From positions 545 to 64,544 of the forward strand of contig JAFSRT010000013.1 of NCBI GenBank assembly GCA_017445995.1: a DNA stretch of 64,000 bases, given 5' to 3'. The stretch's first letter is position 1. Each line of letters opens with the position of its first letter. The DNA comes from Clostridia bacterium (GTDB taxonomy: Bacteria; Bacillota; Clostridia; Christensenellales; Borkfalkiaceae). The notes below the pieces were generated by a model that did not search any database, had not been told where the DNA came from, and worked only from the letters and a program-made list of their open reading frames with translations. Of the stretch, positions 8,798 to 18,202 are shown one piece after another. The translations under genes and the position numbers were made by a program.

Positions 8798-10234
8798 ATG
8801 AATCATAGGCTTGTAATAAATACACTCGGAAAAACGATATTATTGTTTGCCATTGCCTTACTTTTACCGCTTTTTGTCGATATATATTATAGGGAAGGCA
8901 ATATCAATTCGTTTTTATATCCTATATATGGTTTGCTGATTATCGGGCTTTCTCTTTCGCTTGTTAAACCGAAAGAAAAGGCTTTTTATGCAAAGGAAGG
9001 TTTTGTTATCGTCGCCCTTGCGTGGATTTTGCTTTCTTTAATAGGCGCTGTTCCTTTTTGTATAAGCGGAACGATACCGAATTTTGTCGATGCTGTTTTT
9101 GAAACGGCTTCGGGCTTTTCTACGACGGGTGCAACGATACTTACGAATATCGAAGCAATACCGAAAAGTATGATGTTCTGGCGTGCGCTTACGCATTTTA
9201 TAGGCGGTATGGGCGTTCTCGTGTTCGTCCTTGCGATACTGCCGAGTTCGTCGGACGGAGCGATGCACGTTTTCCGTGCGGAAGCACCGGGGCCGTCGGT
9301 TGGAAAACTCGTTTCAAAAATCAAGTTTACGGCAAGAATACTTTATTTGATTTATATAATAATGACGCTTGTCGAAATGATAATGTTGCTGTTTGGCGGA
9401 ATGTCGCTTTTCGACAGTGTTTGTCACGCTATGTCAACGGCAGGAACGGGCGGTTTCAGTAATAAAAATGCAAGTATAGGTGCATATAACAGCCTTTATA
9501 TAGAAATGGTAATCGCCGTATTTATGTTCCTTTTCGGCATAAACTTCAACATTTACTATCTTGTTTTAATAGGCAAAATCAAAAAGATTTTTAAGAGTGA
9601 AGAATTTAAAATCTATTTAATAATACTTTTCATTGCGATAATCACTATTGCTATTAACTTAATACAACAAGTAGGGACGTTCTGGAACGGGCTTAGATAT
9701 TCTTTCTTTCAGGTTGCGTCGATAAGTTCAACGACGGGATTTTTAACGTCGGAAATAAATGTTTGGCCCGAATATTCGAAAAGCGTTCTTTTATTCCTTA
9801 CCATTTGCGGTGCGTGTGCCGGATCTACGGGTGGCGGAATAAAGATTGCACGTTTAGGTATTCTTGCAAAATCTACGTCGGCGGGTATAACGAAAACAAT
9901 CAGACCGCGTGCTGTCGTATATAAGAAATTCGACGGGGAACTTTTGACGACGGAAAAAGTAAAAAACGTTAGATTATACCTTTGTTTATGGCTTGCCATT
10001 ATAATTGTTTCGACGCTTATTCTGGGGCTTGATAAGGGTGGAGATTTGTTTACGAATATTTCCGCTTCGATAACTTGTATCAGCAACGTCGGACCGGGAT
10101 TTAATAAGATAGCGAGTGATTTTACCTGTTATTCTTCCGTTTCTAAGATAGTGCTTGCAATCGATATGCTTATGGGGCGTCTTGAAATATTCCCGATAAT
10201 CGTTTTATTTGCACCTTCGACGTGGAGAAAGTAG
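8798..10234 (+). CDS. trkH: Trk-type potassium transporter membrane subunit TrkH/KtrB
   Basis: 478-aa polytopic protein with repeated selectivity-filter-like segments (SGFSTTGAT, TAGTGGFS, SSTTGF, STGGGIK), adjacent to trkA. Confidence 0.9.
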   Translation: MNHRLVINTLGKTILLFAIALLLPLFVDIYYREGNINSFLYPIYGLLIIGLSLSLVKPKEKAFYAKEGFVIVALAWILLSLIGAVPFCISGTIPNFVDAVFETASGFSTTGATILTNIEAIPKSMMFWRALTHFIGGMGVLVFVLAILPSSSDGAMHVFRAEAPGPSVGKLVSKIKFTARILYLIYIIMTLVEMIMLLFGGMSLFDSVCHAMSTAGTGGFSNKNASIGAYNSLYIEMVIAVFMFLFGINFNIYYLVLIGKIKKIFKSEEFKIYLIILFIAIITIAINLIQQVGTFWNGLRYSFFQVASISSTTGFLTSEINVWPEYSKSVLLFLTICGACAGSTGGGIKIARLGILAKSTSAGITKTIRPRAVVYKKFDGELLTTEKVKNVRLYLCLWLAIIIVSTLILGLDKGGDLFTNISASITCISNVGPGFNKIASDFTCYSSVSKIVLAIDMLMGRLEIFPIIVLFAPSTWRK

Positions 10235-10265
10235 AAACGATAAAATATATAATATAAAACATTTA

Positions 10266-10296
10266 AACCATAGACACGTTTCTATGGTTTTTTTGT
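10266..10296 (+). terminator. Rho-independent terminator after trkH
   Basis: Hairpin aaccataga / tctatggtt followed by TTTTTTT. Confidence 0.75.
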
Positions 10297-10355
10297 GTCT
10301 TTTTTAACCCCGTTTTGCATATATTGAGAATAGAAAACAAAAAAGGAGGTTAACA

Positions 10356-10988
10356 ATGTCTTTTTTCTGTAATTTTCAGTCGGATAAATGCCCCGGCCCG
10401 ATAAACGGAAATCCTATGAACGGCTTATGCGAAAAAGTGTGCCTTGAAGCAAAAAAAGTATTCGACGCCTGTATGCAACAAAGCCAACTTACGGGTATCG
10501 TTTTAAACTTAACAAACTTAACGCCGAGTAATCCTACATATCCGTTGACGTTTATAAGTGCAAAAAGTACGACGTCAGTCGGAACGATAAATAATTTACT
10601 TGTAGAACCGCTAAAAGAACGCCCTAATTCCGCAAGGGTTAAGTGCGATATAACTGTTCCGCTATCCGTTGCGTACGTAGACGCAAACGGAGTAGAAGGC
10701 GTTGCGTCGAGTTCTATCACGATAACGAAAGACGTAATCTTAAATATTCCGTCGGCTTCGATTATGCCTTATAGCGTAGAATCGGTAGTTTCCGTCGTAT
10801 CGAATATCGGGACTTATACTGCGCAAGACCAGTTCACGATAGACTGTTGCGTTTCTATAATCTTAAAAATCGTTATGGAAGTTGAAATACTTATTCCGTC
10901 TTACGGATATGCGGCTATTCCGCCTTGTCAGGACTACACACAAGAAGTGTGTGCAGGGTTCTTTGAATTACCTATGTATCCTGAATAA
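10356..10988 (+). CDS. Hypothetical Cys-rich protein (210 aa), no family recognised
   Basis: Strong RBS AAGGAGG 6 nt upstream of the ATG and its own terminator. Five Cys lie in the first 40 aa (C5, C12, C25, C29, C39) and a CC pair plus two more Cys lie near the C-terminus. The middle is Ser/Thr/Val-rich and looks beta-like. Confidence 0.7.
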   Translation: MSFFCNFQSDKCPGPINGNPMNGLCEKVCLEAKKVFDACMQQSQLTGIVLNLTNLTPSNPTYPLTFISAKSTTSVGTINNLLVEPLKERPNSARVKCDITVPLSVAYVDANGVEGVASSSITITKDVILNIPSASIMPYSVESVVSVVSNIGTYTAQDQFTIDCCVSIILKIVMEVEILIPSYGYAAIPPCQDYTQEVCAGFFELPMYPE

Positions 10989-11010
10989 AGGTGGCATTTT
11001 ACCGAAATAT

Positions 11011-11044
11011 AAGGCACGGCAGACCATTTGCCGTGCCTTTTTTT
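11011..11044 (+). terminator. Rho-independent terminator
   Basis: Hairpin aaggcacggca / tgccgtgcctt followed by a T-run. Confidence 0.85.
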
Positions 11045-11045
11045 A

Positions 11046-11074
11046 TTGACAGGGAATAAAAAAAAAGTTATAAT
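11046..11074 (+). promoter_or_regulatory. Consensus sigma-A promoter
   Basis: TTGACA (11046-11051), a 17-nt spacer, then TATAAT (11069-11074). Confidence 0.65.
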
Positions 11075-11110
11075 AAAACCCGATAATAAGTTATAAAAAG
11101 AATATAAATT

Positions 11111-11809
11111 ATGAAGATTTTTGCGATAAGCGACTTGCATATTTCCACGAATACCGATAAACCTATGGACGTGTTCGGTGGAAAATGGGTCGGATATTTA
11201 GAAAAAATATACGCCGATTGGCAAGAAAAAGTTAAAGACGAAGACGTTGTTTTAATAGGCGGAGATATAAGTTGGGCAATGAATATCGACGACGCAAAAG
11301 AAGATATAGCGACTTTTTCTTCCCTTAAAGGGAAAAAGATACTTATTAAGGGTAATCACGACTACTGGTGGAGCGGAATAGGTAAAGTGAGGGATATGTT
11401 GCCTGAAAACGTTTTCGCCCTTCAAAACGACGCTATCCGCTTAAAAGAAGGGTACGTCATTTGCGGTTCAAGGCTGTGGAGTGTTCCGGGTAGCCCCGAT
11501 TTTACCGAACAGGACGAAAAGATTTACAAAAGGGAAACGGAAAGGTTAAGGCTTTCTCTTACTACGGCAAAAAGCATGATGCAAGAAGGGGATAAACTTA
11601 TAGCGCTTATACATTATCCGCCCTTTAACGTAAGAAGAGAACCGACTTTATTTACCGAACTTTTTGAAGAATACGGTGTAAACAGCGTTATATACGGACA
11701 TTTGCACGGAAGGGACGTTCGTGCGGACAAATTAGTCGTTAAAAACGGAATAAAATATTATCTTACTTCGTGCGACCAAGTCGATAATCAACTTGTGGAG
11801 ATAGAATAA
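11111..11809 (+). CDS. Metallophosphoesterase (calcineurin-like phosphoesterase family)
   Basis: Classic motif order is present: SDLH, GGDISW, GNHDYWW, HYPP, GHLHG. Confidence 0.8.
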   Translation: MKIFAISDLHISTNTDKPMDVFGGKWVGYLEKIYADWQEKVKDEDVVLIGGDISWAMNIDDAKEDIATFSSLKGKKILIKGNHDYWWSGIGKVRDMLPENVFALQNDAIRLKEGYVICGSRLWSVPGSPDFTEQDEKIYKRETERLRLSLTTAKSMMQEGDKLIALIHYPPFNVRREPTLFTELFEEYGVNSVIYGHLHGRDVRADKLVVKNGIKYYLTSCDQVDNQLVEIE

Positions 11810-12951
11810 TGGAAGAGAAAAAATCTGCTAAAAAAATCATCAAAAACATTGCGACGAAATATTTTATAACGGCGTTTTCGGGTATGGCGCAGGGGCTTTT
11901 CGTAACGCTTATTGCAGGAACGATATTATCTACCGTTGCAACCTACTTAATAGGGCTTAATAACTTTTTCGGCGCAACGTTAAACTATATTGCGTCGATA
12001 GCAAAATCGCTTATGGGTGCGGGAATAGGCGTCGGTATCGCTTATGCGCTTAAAAAGAATAAACTATTAATTTTCGTATCCGCAGTTGCGGGTATTTGCG
12101 GTGCTTTTGCCGACAAACTGTTATTCGGATCGTTTATGGGCGGGCTTTTTCCGACTATCAACGCGCCTTTTAAATCGCTTGTTCTCGGCACACCGGGAAA
12201 CCCTATCGGCGCATACGTAGTCGTTATGTTCGTCGTAGAAATCGTCGAACTATACGCTGGTAAAACAAAACTCGACATTATTTTAGTCCCGCTTGGCGCA
12301 CTTTTATTATCGTTTATCGGAATATTTATTTCCGCACCGTTTATCTATTTCGTAAACGAACTCGGTATTATTATTGCAAAAGCGACGGGAATAGCGCCTT
12401 TCTTTATGGGAATAATAATTGCCGTCGTTATGGGCGTTCTTTTAACTATGCCGACTTCGTCCGCAGCGATATGGATAGCCATTTCAAAATCGGTAATAGA
12501 AGCGGGCGGAACTAACGCTTTTAATATGTATATAGCGGGCGGTGCGGCGGTTGTCGGTTGTTCTTGCCAGATGGTGGGGTTTGCCGTTGCGTCGTTTAGA
12601 GAAAACAAATGGAGCGGGGTTATCTCGCAGGGGATAGGCACGAGTATGCTTCAAATACCTAATATAATGAAAAAACCGATTATAATGCTACCCATGGTAA
12701 TATCGAGTGCGCTATTAGGTCCGCTATCTACTTGCGTGTTTATGCTTAAATGCGGTTATAACGGCGGCGGTATGGGAACGAGCGGTTTCGTCGGTATTAT
12801 CGACCTTCTTACTAACACGACGGGCGTTTTAGGGATAATAGGAATATTCCTTTTAAATATCGTTTTGCCGATACTGTTAAATCTTTTATTTTCAGAACTT
12901 TTAAGAAAGAAAGGATTAATAAAGTCGGGCGATATGAAACTTCCCGACTAA
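11809..12951 (+). CDS. PTS EIIC-like polytopic membrane protein (PfoR/COG3641-like)
   Basis: 380-aa Gly/Ala-rich multi-TM protein. The N-terminal FSGMAQGLFVTLIAGTIL resembles the PfoR-type EIIC-related family. Its start overlaps the upstream stop (TAATG). Confidence 0.5.
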   Translation: MEEKKSAKKIIKNIATKYFITAFSGMAQGLFVTLIAGTILSTVATYLIGLNNFFGATLNYIASIAKSLMGAGIGVGIAYALKKNKLLIFVSAVAGICGAFADKLLFGSFMGGLFPTINAPFKSLVLGTPGNPIGAYVVVMFVVEIVELYAGKTKLDIILVPLGALLLSFIGIFISAPFIYFVNELGIIIAKATGIAPFFMGIIIAVVMGVLLTMPTSSAAIWIAISKSVIEAGGTNAFNMYIAGGAAVVGCSCQMVGFAVASFRENKWSGVISQGIGTSMLQIPNIMKKPIIMLPMVISSALLGPLSTCVFMLKCGYNGGGMGTSGFVGIIDLLTNTTGVLGIIGIFLLNIVLPILLNLLFSELLRKKGLIKSGDMKLPD

Positions 12952-12970
12952 AATGATAAAAAAGAAAATT

Positions 12971-12996
12971 ACGGGCGACGACTGTCGCCCGTTTTT
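12971..12996 (+). terminator. Rho-independent terminator
   Basis: Hairpin acgggcgac / gtcgcccgt followed by TTTTT. Confidence 0.8.
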
Positions 12997-12999
12997 GTT

Positions 13000-13026
13000 A
13001 TATTACACCGCTTTATTTCATAGAAT
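13000..13026 (+). promoter_or_regulatory. Sigma-E-like sporulation promoter upstream of yabP
   Basis: ATATT (13000-13004), then CATAGAAT (13019-13026), with 16 nt between ATA and CATA. This resembles the B. subtilis sigma-E pattern ATA-16/18-CATACAnT. yabP-yabQ are sigma-E dependent in B. subtilis. Confidence 0.4.
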
Positions 13027-13048
13027 ATAGAAAAAGCGGGGGTAAAGT

Positions 13049-13306
13049 ATGGAAAACAATCAAACGGAAAGAATAACGATAGAAAACAGAAAAAGGCTTT
13101 CAATGACGGGGGTGGTTGCCGTAAACGGTTTTACCGAACAGGCGGTTAAATTATCGCTAAACGGTGCAATGATGGTGATAAACGGCAAGGGAATAAAGAT
13201 AACCGCCTTTAATAAAGAGACGGGCAACCTTTCTTGCGAAGGAACGATAACCGAAATAAAATATGCCGAAAAGAAAGGGAATATCGTTAAAAGGTTATTT
13301 AAATAA
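13049..13306 (+). CDS. yabP: Sporulation protein YabP
   Basis: 85 aa. ITIENRKRLSMTGVVAVNGFTEQAVKL is typical of YabP, and a yabQ-like gene follows immediately. Confidence 0.85.
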   Translation: MENNQTERITIENRKRLSMTGVVAVNGFTEQAVKLSLNGAMMVINGKGIKITAFNKETGNLSCEGTITEIKYAEKKGNIVKRLFK

Positions 13307-13665
13307 TGTTTGTAAGCGACAAGCAGATATACTATTTTATTCTCTGTTTTCTCTTCGGGCTTATTTTCGGAATAAATATTATAATATCAAGGTTAATCTA
13401 CGAGTTTTCGGGCAAAAAACCGATAAAGATAGCGACCGATTTAATATCGTTTATAGTAATAACCGTTTTATATCTTAACTTTTCATATCGGTATAATTTT
13501 CCTTCTTTTAGGGTATATATGCTAATCGGGGTATTATCAGGAATAGCCGTTATCAATAAAAGTTTTTATCATACGCTTGCAAAAGTAAGCAAAAAAGTTT
13601 ATAATATAATAAAAAGAAAAACAAGGAAACGAAAGAGAGTACAAAATGACGGAACAAAAGGCTAA
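13306..13665 (+). CDS. yabQ: Spore cortex biosynthesis protein YabQ
   Basis: 119-aa small multi-TM protein with a basic tail, overlapping the yabP stop (TAATG), in the conserved yabP-yabQ-divIC order. Confidence 0.7.
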   Translation: MFVSDKQIYYFILCFLFGLIFGINIIISRLIYEFSGKKPIKIATDLISFIVITVLYLNFSYRYNFPSFRVYMLIGVLSGIAVINKSFYHTLAKVSKKVYNIIKRKTRKRKRVQNDGTKG

Positions 13666-13930
13666 AAGAGTAATCGTTGCAAGCACGGTAGGGGCGGTAC
13701 TGCTTTTATTTATTCTTTTATCGGTAATGGTTTATCAGATAGTAAAAATCAGAATAGAAAAGAAAAGGTACGACGAACTCGTTACTATTTGCGAAGAATA
13801 TAAAAACCTGAACGAAGAAGGCAAAAAGACCATAGAAGCGCGGTCTTCCTACTGGTGGATTGTTCAGCGTGCAAGGGAACTCGGCTACGTTTTCGACGGG
13901 GACTATATTTACGAACAAGATGCAAAATAA
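13646..13930 (+). CDS. Septum formation initiator family protein (DivIC/FtsB-like)
   Basis: 94 aa with an N-terminal TM (VGAVLLLFILLSVMVY) followed by a coiled-coil-like segment. Its position matches divIC after yabQ. Confidence 0.65.
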   Translation: MTEQKAKRVIVASTVGAVLLLFILLSVMVYQIVKIRIEKKRYDELVTICEEYKNLNEEGKKTIEARSSYWWIVQRARELGYVFDGDYIYEQDAK

Positions 13931-14780
13931 TTTAGTCGGCGTTATCGATATAGGTTCTAACTCTGTGCGCCTTTTAATAGCGGACGGAACAAAAACCGTC
14001 GATAAATCAGTGAAAATAACTAAACTTGCGGAAGGAACAGATAACGGCGCGTTAAAAAAAGAAAGCATAGAAAGAACTGTCGACGCTCTTTCTTTTTTTA
14101 AAGAAAAGGCAGAAGAATACGGCGTAAAAACCATATACGCTTTTGCAACCGAAGCGGTAAGAAGCGCAACGAATAAAGAAGATTTTCTAAAACTTGCAGA
14201 GAGAAAAACGGGGCTAATAATAGAAGTCGTATCGGGAGACACGGAAGCCCGCCTTGGTATAAAGGGCGCGCTTAACGGTAAAGACGGCGCGATTATCGAC
14301 ATAGGCGGAGCAAGTACCGAAATAACCGTTATAAAAAAAGGCGAAACGATATATACAAAAAGCGTCGGTATCGGCGTTGTAAGAATAGAGAATTTCTGCG
14401 GACAAGACGAAATAAAACAGCGCGAATATATCGACGGAAAAATTAAAGAGTTCGGCGATATTCCGTATTCAACTTTTATCGGTATCGGCGGAACGGCGAC
14501 GAGCGTTGCGTCGGTTTTGCAGGAGTTAGAGCCATACGACAGAAATAAAGTTCACGGCTATACGGTTTATAAAAGCGACTTAAAAAAGTTAAGGGACGAA
14601 CTTTATAAAAAGACGGTTGAAGAAAAGAAGAAGGTTAAAGGGCTACAAAAAGAACGTGCGGGGACTATTACGGGTGGCGTTGCCCTTTTATATAAACTTA
14701 TGGAAAAATTAAAGATAGATAGCATAACGGTATCGGAAAGCGATAATTTGGAAGGCTATTTACTTGAAAAACGGGGTTAG
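13920..14780 (+). CDS. Ppx/GppA family phosphatase (exopolyphosphatase-like)
   Basis: I chose the start at ATG 13920 (MQNNLVGVIDIGSNSVRL), which is in frame with track ORF 13860. The ASKHA motifs DIGSNS, DIGGASTE and GIGGTATS are present. Confidence 0.8.
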   Translation: MQNNLVGVIDIGSNSVRLLIADGTKTVDKSVKITKLAEGTDNGALKKESIERTVDALSFFKEKAEEYGVKTIYAFATEAVRSATNKEDFLKLAERKTGLIIEVVSGDTEARLGIKGALNGKDGAIIDIGGASTEITVIKKGETIYTKSVGIGVVRIENFCGQDEIKQREYIDGKIKEFGDIPYSTFIGIGGTATSVASVLQELEPYDRNKVHGYTVYKSDLKKLRDELYKKTVEEKKKVKGLQKERAGTITGGVALLYKLMEKLKIDSITVSESDNLEGYLLEKRG

Positions 14781-14781
14781 T

Positions 14782-15891
14782 ATGACGAAAAGACAAAATA
14801 TAATAAACACGATATTGAGTTTTGTGTTGACTATCGGCGCGATAATTTTAATAATTCTTTGCGGAAAGACTTCGGCGCTTATGATAAAGAACGTCGCGTT
14901 ATTCCTTGCCGGGGCGATAGTTTTCGGGCTTATTAACGCCTTTATGCACGAACTCGGGCACCTTATTTTCGGAAGATTAAACGGCTTTGCGTTTTCATCG
15001 CTTACCGTTTGGTTTTTTAACTGGACAAGGGTCAGCCCTAAAAAGATAAAGTTTTCTTTTTGCGGTATCGGAAACGAAGCGGGTTATACCGAAATGATAC
15101 CTAAAACCGCCGAAAACGTTGAAAAAAGAACGGCAAACCTATCGCTTGGCGGAATAATTTTTTCCTTTATTATGATGGTATTATCGCTACTGCCGTTTAT
15201 TTTTAAGAATAAAATCAAGTTAGAACCTTACTTATTCTTGTCGATTTCCTTTCCGATTTCCGTTTATTATTTTTTCGGCAATTTACTGCCTATGATAAAC
15301 GAAGGGGTAAGAAACGACGGGGCGACTTACTTTGGAATAAAGAAGAAAACCGATTCGATGCAGGTTGCAATCAATATCTCGAAAATACATGCGCACCTTT
15401 ATCAGGGTAAATCGCCGAGTGAAATCGACCAAGCCTTGTATTTTTACGTTCCGCAACTTCCCGAAGACGATTTAAACTTTATTATGCTTTTGGATTTAAG
15501 GTACGAATACTATCTCGACGCGGGCGACACCGATAACGCTGTTAAGACTTTAAATAGGCTTTTGACTTTGGAAGATTATATGCCGAAATATATCCGCTAT
15601 AAAGTAAAGACGGACGCGCTTTATAACTCGTGCTTTTTGAAAAAGAACGAGAACGACGCGGACGACCTTATGGACGAACTCGATAAGTTTTTAAATAAGA
15701 ACAATACACCGCAGACTTTAAGGGCGAAAATGGCGTATTTAATCTATATCGTTAAAGATTTAGAGAACATCGAAACCTTTTATAATAAAGCGTTAAGAGA
15801 AATAGATAAGATTTATATAGAAGGCGTAAAAAAATACGAAGAAAAACAGTTGAATAACCTAACGAAAGACGTTTTAGAAGTTGTCGAATAA
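14782..15891 (+). CDS. Membrane-embedded zinc metalloprotease-like protein (HELGH in a TM segment) with a C-terminal helical, TPR-like domain
   Basis: NAFMHELGHLIFG lies inside a hydrophobic segment. A later NLLPMINEGVRNDG resembles the site-2-protease NxxPxxxxDG motif. The roughly 170-aa soluble tail is helix-rich. ATG 14782 is preferred over TTG 14764. Confidence 0.55.
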   Translation: MTKRQNIINTILSFVLTIGAIILIILCGKTSALMIKNVALFLAGAIVFGLINAFMHELGHLIFGRLNGFAFSSLTVWFFNWTRVSPKKIKFSFCGIGNEAGYTEMIPKTAENVEKRTANLSLGGIIFSFIMMVLSLLPFIFKNKIKLEPYLFLSISFPISVYYFFGNLLPMINEGVRNDGATYFGIKKKTDSMQVAINISKIHAHLYQGKSPSEIDQALYFYVPQLPEDDLNFIMLLDLRYEYYLDAGDTDNAVKTLNRLLTLEDYMPKYIRYKVKTDALYNSCFLKKNENDADDLMDELDKFLNKNNTPQTLRAKMAYLIYIVKDLENIETFYNKALREIDKIYIEGVKKYEEKQLNNLTKDVLEVVE

Positions 15892-15906
15892 AAATCCGTA
15901 ACAACT

Positions 15907-15938
15907 AAAAACTTCCGCAAAATTGCGGAAGTTTTTTT
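15907..15938. terminator. Bidirectional terminator between convergent genes
   Basis: Hairpin acttccgca / tgcggaagt with an A-run before and a T-run after. Confidence 0.8.
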
Positions 15939-17124
15939 AATTAAAGACGTTTACCGATATAGTAAAATTAGTTTTAGACAGGTAATCGTCTTTATATTTA
16001 TTGTAATACCGATAGTTATGCCGATAAAGTTTTTCGTTAATTTTCATTACGTCGCAACCCGTTTCTTTTGCTTTTAAAATAAGCATTTCAACCCGTTCTT
16101 TAATTGTTTTTTGCGCCTTTTCTTTTACGGAGACGGGAATAGTGTATTCAGTCTGGTCGGCGTTATCGATATTCGGCGCGTTCGCGTCGCTTATTTTACA
16201 ATAAGCGTTAATATCGATTTTTCCGTAAAGCCCGTATTCGTCGGCAGAAAGCGAGTATTTAGTTTTACACTTTAATACTGTTAAAAGATAGTTAATATCG
16301 TCTACGTCGTTTACCGCGATAACCGTCTGTTCGACGTTATTGAATAAAAGATTGTAAGAAAAAGAAAGGTCTTTATCTATCTCACCGACGTATAATCCGT
16401 TTTTAAATAGCGCCGTCGTCGTCGCGTCGAAAAGCGCGGTTTTATTTTCTTCTTTACTTTGCTGTTCATTTTGCTGACCGCCACCGCTTTTTTGACCGCC
16501 CATACTTTCATTTTCTACGGGTATAGATTTTACGATAGGCATATAACACGAAGACGACGGGGAATAGTAGTCGGTTATAAAGGTTTTAACGTTTACCGTC
16601 GCGATATCTTTATCGAATCCCGAATCTTTAAGAATAATTTTTTGTATCGCAAACGACGAAATAGAGTCGAGTGGGGAAGCGGACTTTAATATATCTGACG
16701 CGTTTTTTTCCGCCATAACGACGAGTGCCGAATCCTGTATTCTTTGCGATTTTGCAAAGTAGTCTAAAATATTAACGACGTTTTCGTTTTTTAAGTCGCT
16801 ACCTATTATAATCAAATTGCAAAAACTTAATTTTGGAAACCAGCCCGAAACGTCGCCGATATTTTTTATTGCATTTCCGACCGTGTTTCCGCTACCCGAG
16901 ATAATGCTTTTTTTATCTTCCTTTTTGCTTTCTTTTTCTTCGGGTAGGGCAATCTGGGCGGATACTTTATATAAATCGTCTTCTTTATCGATTGCAACGG
17001 CGGTAAATATAGCCGTTTTTTCAATGTCTATAAGCCCGAAATCGTTGGTAAAAAAAAGAACGAGTAAAGAAAAAATAATAATAAAAAATATTTTGTTTTT
17101 TAAAAACTTAAATAATAACTTCAT
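15937..17124 (-). CDS. Spore germination protein, Ger(x)C family
   Basis: 395 aa, third gene of an A-B-C germinant-receptor operon. The overall Ger(x)C layout is present (N-terminal signal/anchor, AIDKEDD, C-terminal domain). No lipobox Cys is visible. Confidence 0.75.
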   Translation of the reverse strand: MKLLFKFLKNKIFFIIIFSLLVLFFTNDFGLIDIEKTAIFTAVAIDKEDDLYKVSAQIALPEEKESKKEDKKSIISGSGNTVGNAIKNIGDVSGWFPKLSFCNLIIIGSDLKNENVVNILDYFAKSQRIQDSALVVMAEKNASDILKSASPLDSISSFAIQKIILKDSGFDKDIATVNVKTFITDYYSPSSSCYMPIVKSIPVENESMGGQKSGGGQQNEQQSKEENKTALFDATTTALFKNGLYVGEIDKDLSFSYNLLFNNVEQTVIAVNDVDDINYLLTVLKCKTKYSLSADEYGLYGKIDINAYCKISDANAPNIDNADQTEYTIPVSVKEKAQKTIKERVEMLILKAKETGCDVMKINEKLYRHNYRYYNKYKDDYLSKTNFTISVNVFN

Positions 17125-18202
17125 CTTTTTTTCCTTTTAATAAATAAATAAGCGAAAGTATTATAGGAATAATATTTCCAAACAAAATAAAGTACGGGCA
17201 GAACGCAAAAAATATAATTTCTTTAATAATTTTAAGATAAGCGTATAAAAAGTAGTGTATTAAAATCTCGATAGAAATAACTATTGAAATCAAAAGGGTT
17301 TTATATTTTTCGCCGAACACTTCCGTTAAACAGTATACGCAAAAATAGATAGGGAAAGCGATGGTGAAGGATGCTGAAAAGAGAATAATAACGATACCAA
17401 CGTTGTCGAACCTTCCCGAGTGGTTTATTACAGAGTTATATTCCGAAAGTTGGGAAAGGGCTATTACCTGCCTGTCCGCTATAAAAGTAAAGATACAGTA
17501 AAACAAAAGGCAGAATATAACGACTAAAAAAGTTGCAACGGAGTAAGATAAAATTATCTTTTTTCCGCCGTCTTTTTCTACTTTATAGTTTCCTAAAAAG
17601 AAAAGCATATAAATACAGTCGTTAAACCACACGGAAAGGTGGTAAGACCCCGAAAAGATTTTTTTCCCGCCGTTTCTTGCTATGGGGAAAACGGCGTCTA
17701 ACTCCGCGTTTTTAATAGTCATTGCAAAGAGAATAATTATTCCTGTTACCGAAAAAAAGAAGGCAATATCGGAAATCCTGCCTATTATTCTCAATTTTTT
17801 CGTGCTTAAATAAAACGCGAGAAAGAAAAACGGCAAGAAAAATAACGGAGACGGGGCGACTTCGTATAGCGTCTGTTCGATATAGTTTTTCTGTTCCATA
17901 ATAGGCAGAATACTTTTTGCGAAAAAATAAACGGCGTAAAATAAAATAATTATTTTTTTTCCCGCTTTTCCTAATACTTCTTCTAAAATCCGAAAAAAAG
18001 TTTTGTCCGTTTTTTTAGATAGTAAAAGTATAAAATAAAGCGTTATTATATCCGAAACGGAAATAATAAGCGCGGAAATCCACCCGTCGTTTTTAGAAAA
18101 AGAAGCGAGAACCGACGGCATAGAGAAAAACTTCATAACGGGCAGAAAGGCAATAAAAAACATAGATATCTGCCTTGATTTTACGGCGTACTCTTTATTC
18201 AT
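17108..18202 (-). CDS. Spore germination protein, GerAB/Ger(x)B family (APC-type permease-like)
   Basis: 364-aa protein with about 10 TM segments, between the A and C subunits and overlapping both neighbours. Confidence 0.8.
   Translation of the reverse strand: MNKEYAVKSRQISMFFIAFLPVMKFFSMPSVLASFSKNDGWISALIISVSDIITLYFILLLSKKTDKTFFRILEEVLGKAGKKIIILFYAVYFFAKSILPIMEQKNYIEQTLYEVAPSPLFFLPFFFLAFYLSTKKLRIIGRISDIAFFFSVTGIIILFAMTIKNAELDAVFPIARNGGKKIFSGSYHLSVWFNDCIYMLFFLGNYKVEKDGGKKIILSYSVATFLVVIFCLLFYCIFTFIADRQVIALSQLSEYNSVINHSGRFDNVGIVIILFSASFTIAFPIYFCVYCLTEVFGEKYKTLLISIVISIEILIHYFLYAYLKIIKEIIFFAFCPYFILFGNIIPIILSLIYLLKGKKDEVII

Noticed and set aside
13718-14302. 194-aa minus-strand ORF opposite the divIC-like and ppx genes
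   Set aside because: It is antisense to genes with clear family motifs (DIGSNS, DIGGASTE). It has no RBS and a biased Ser/Phe composition.
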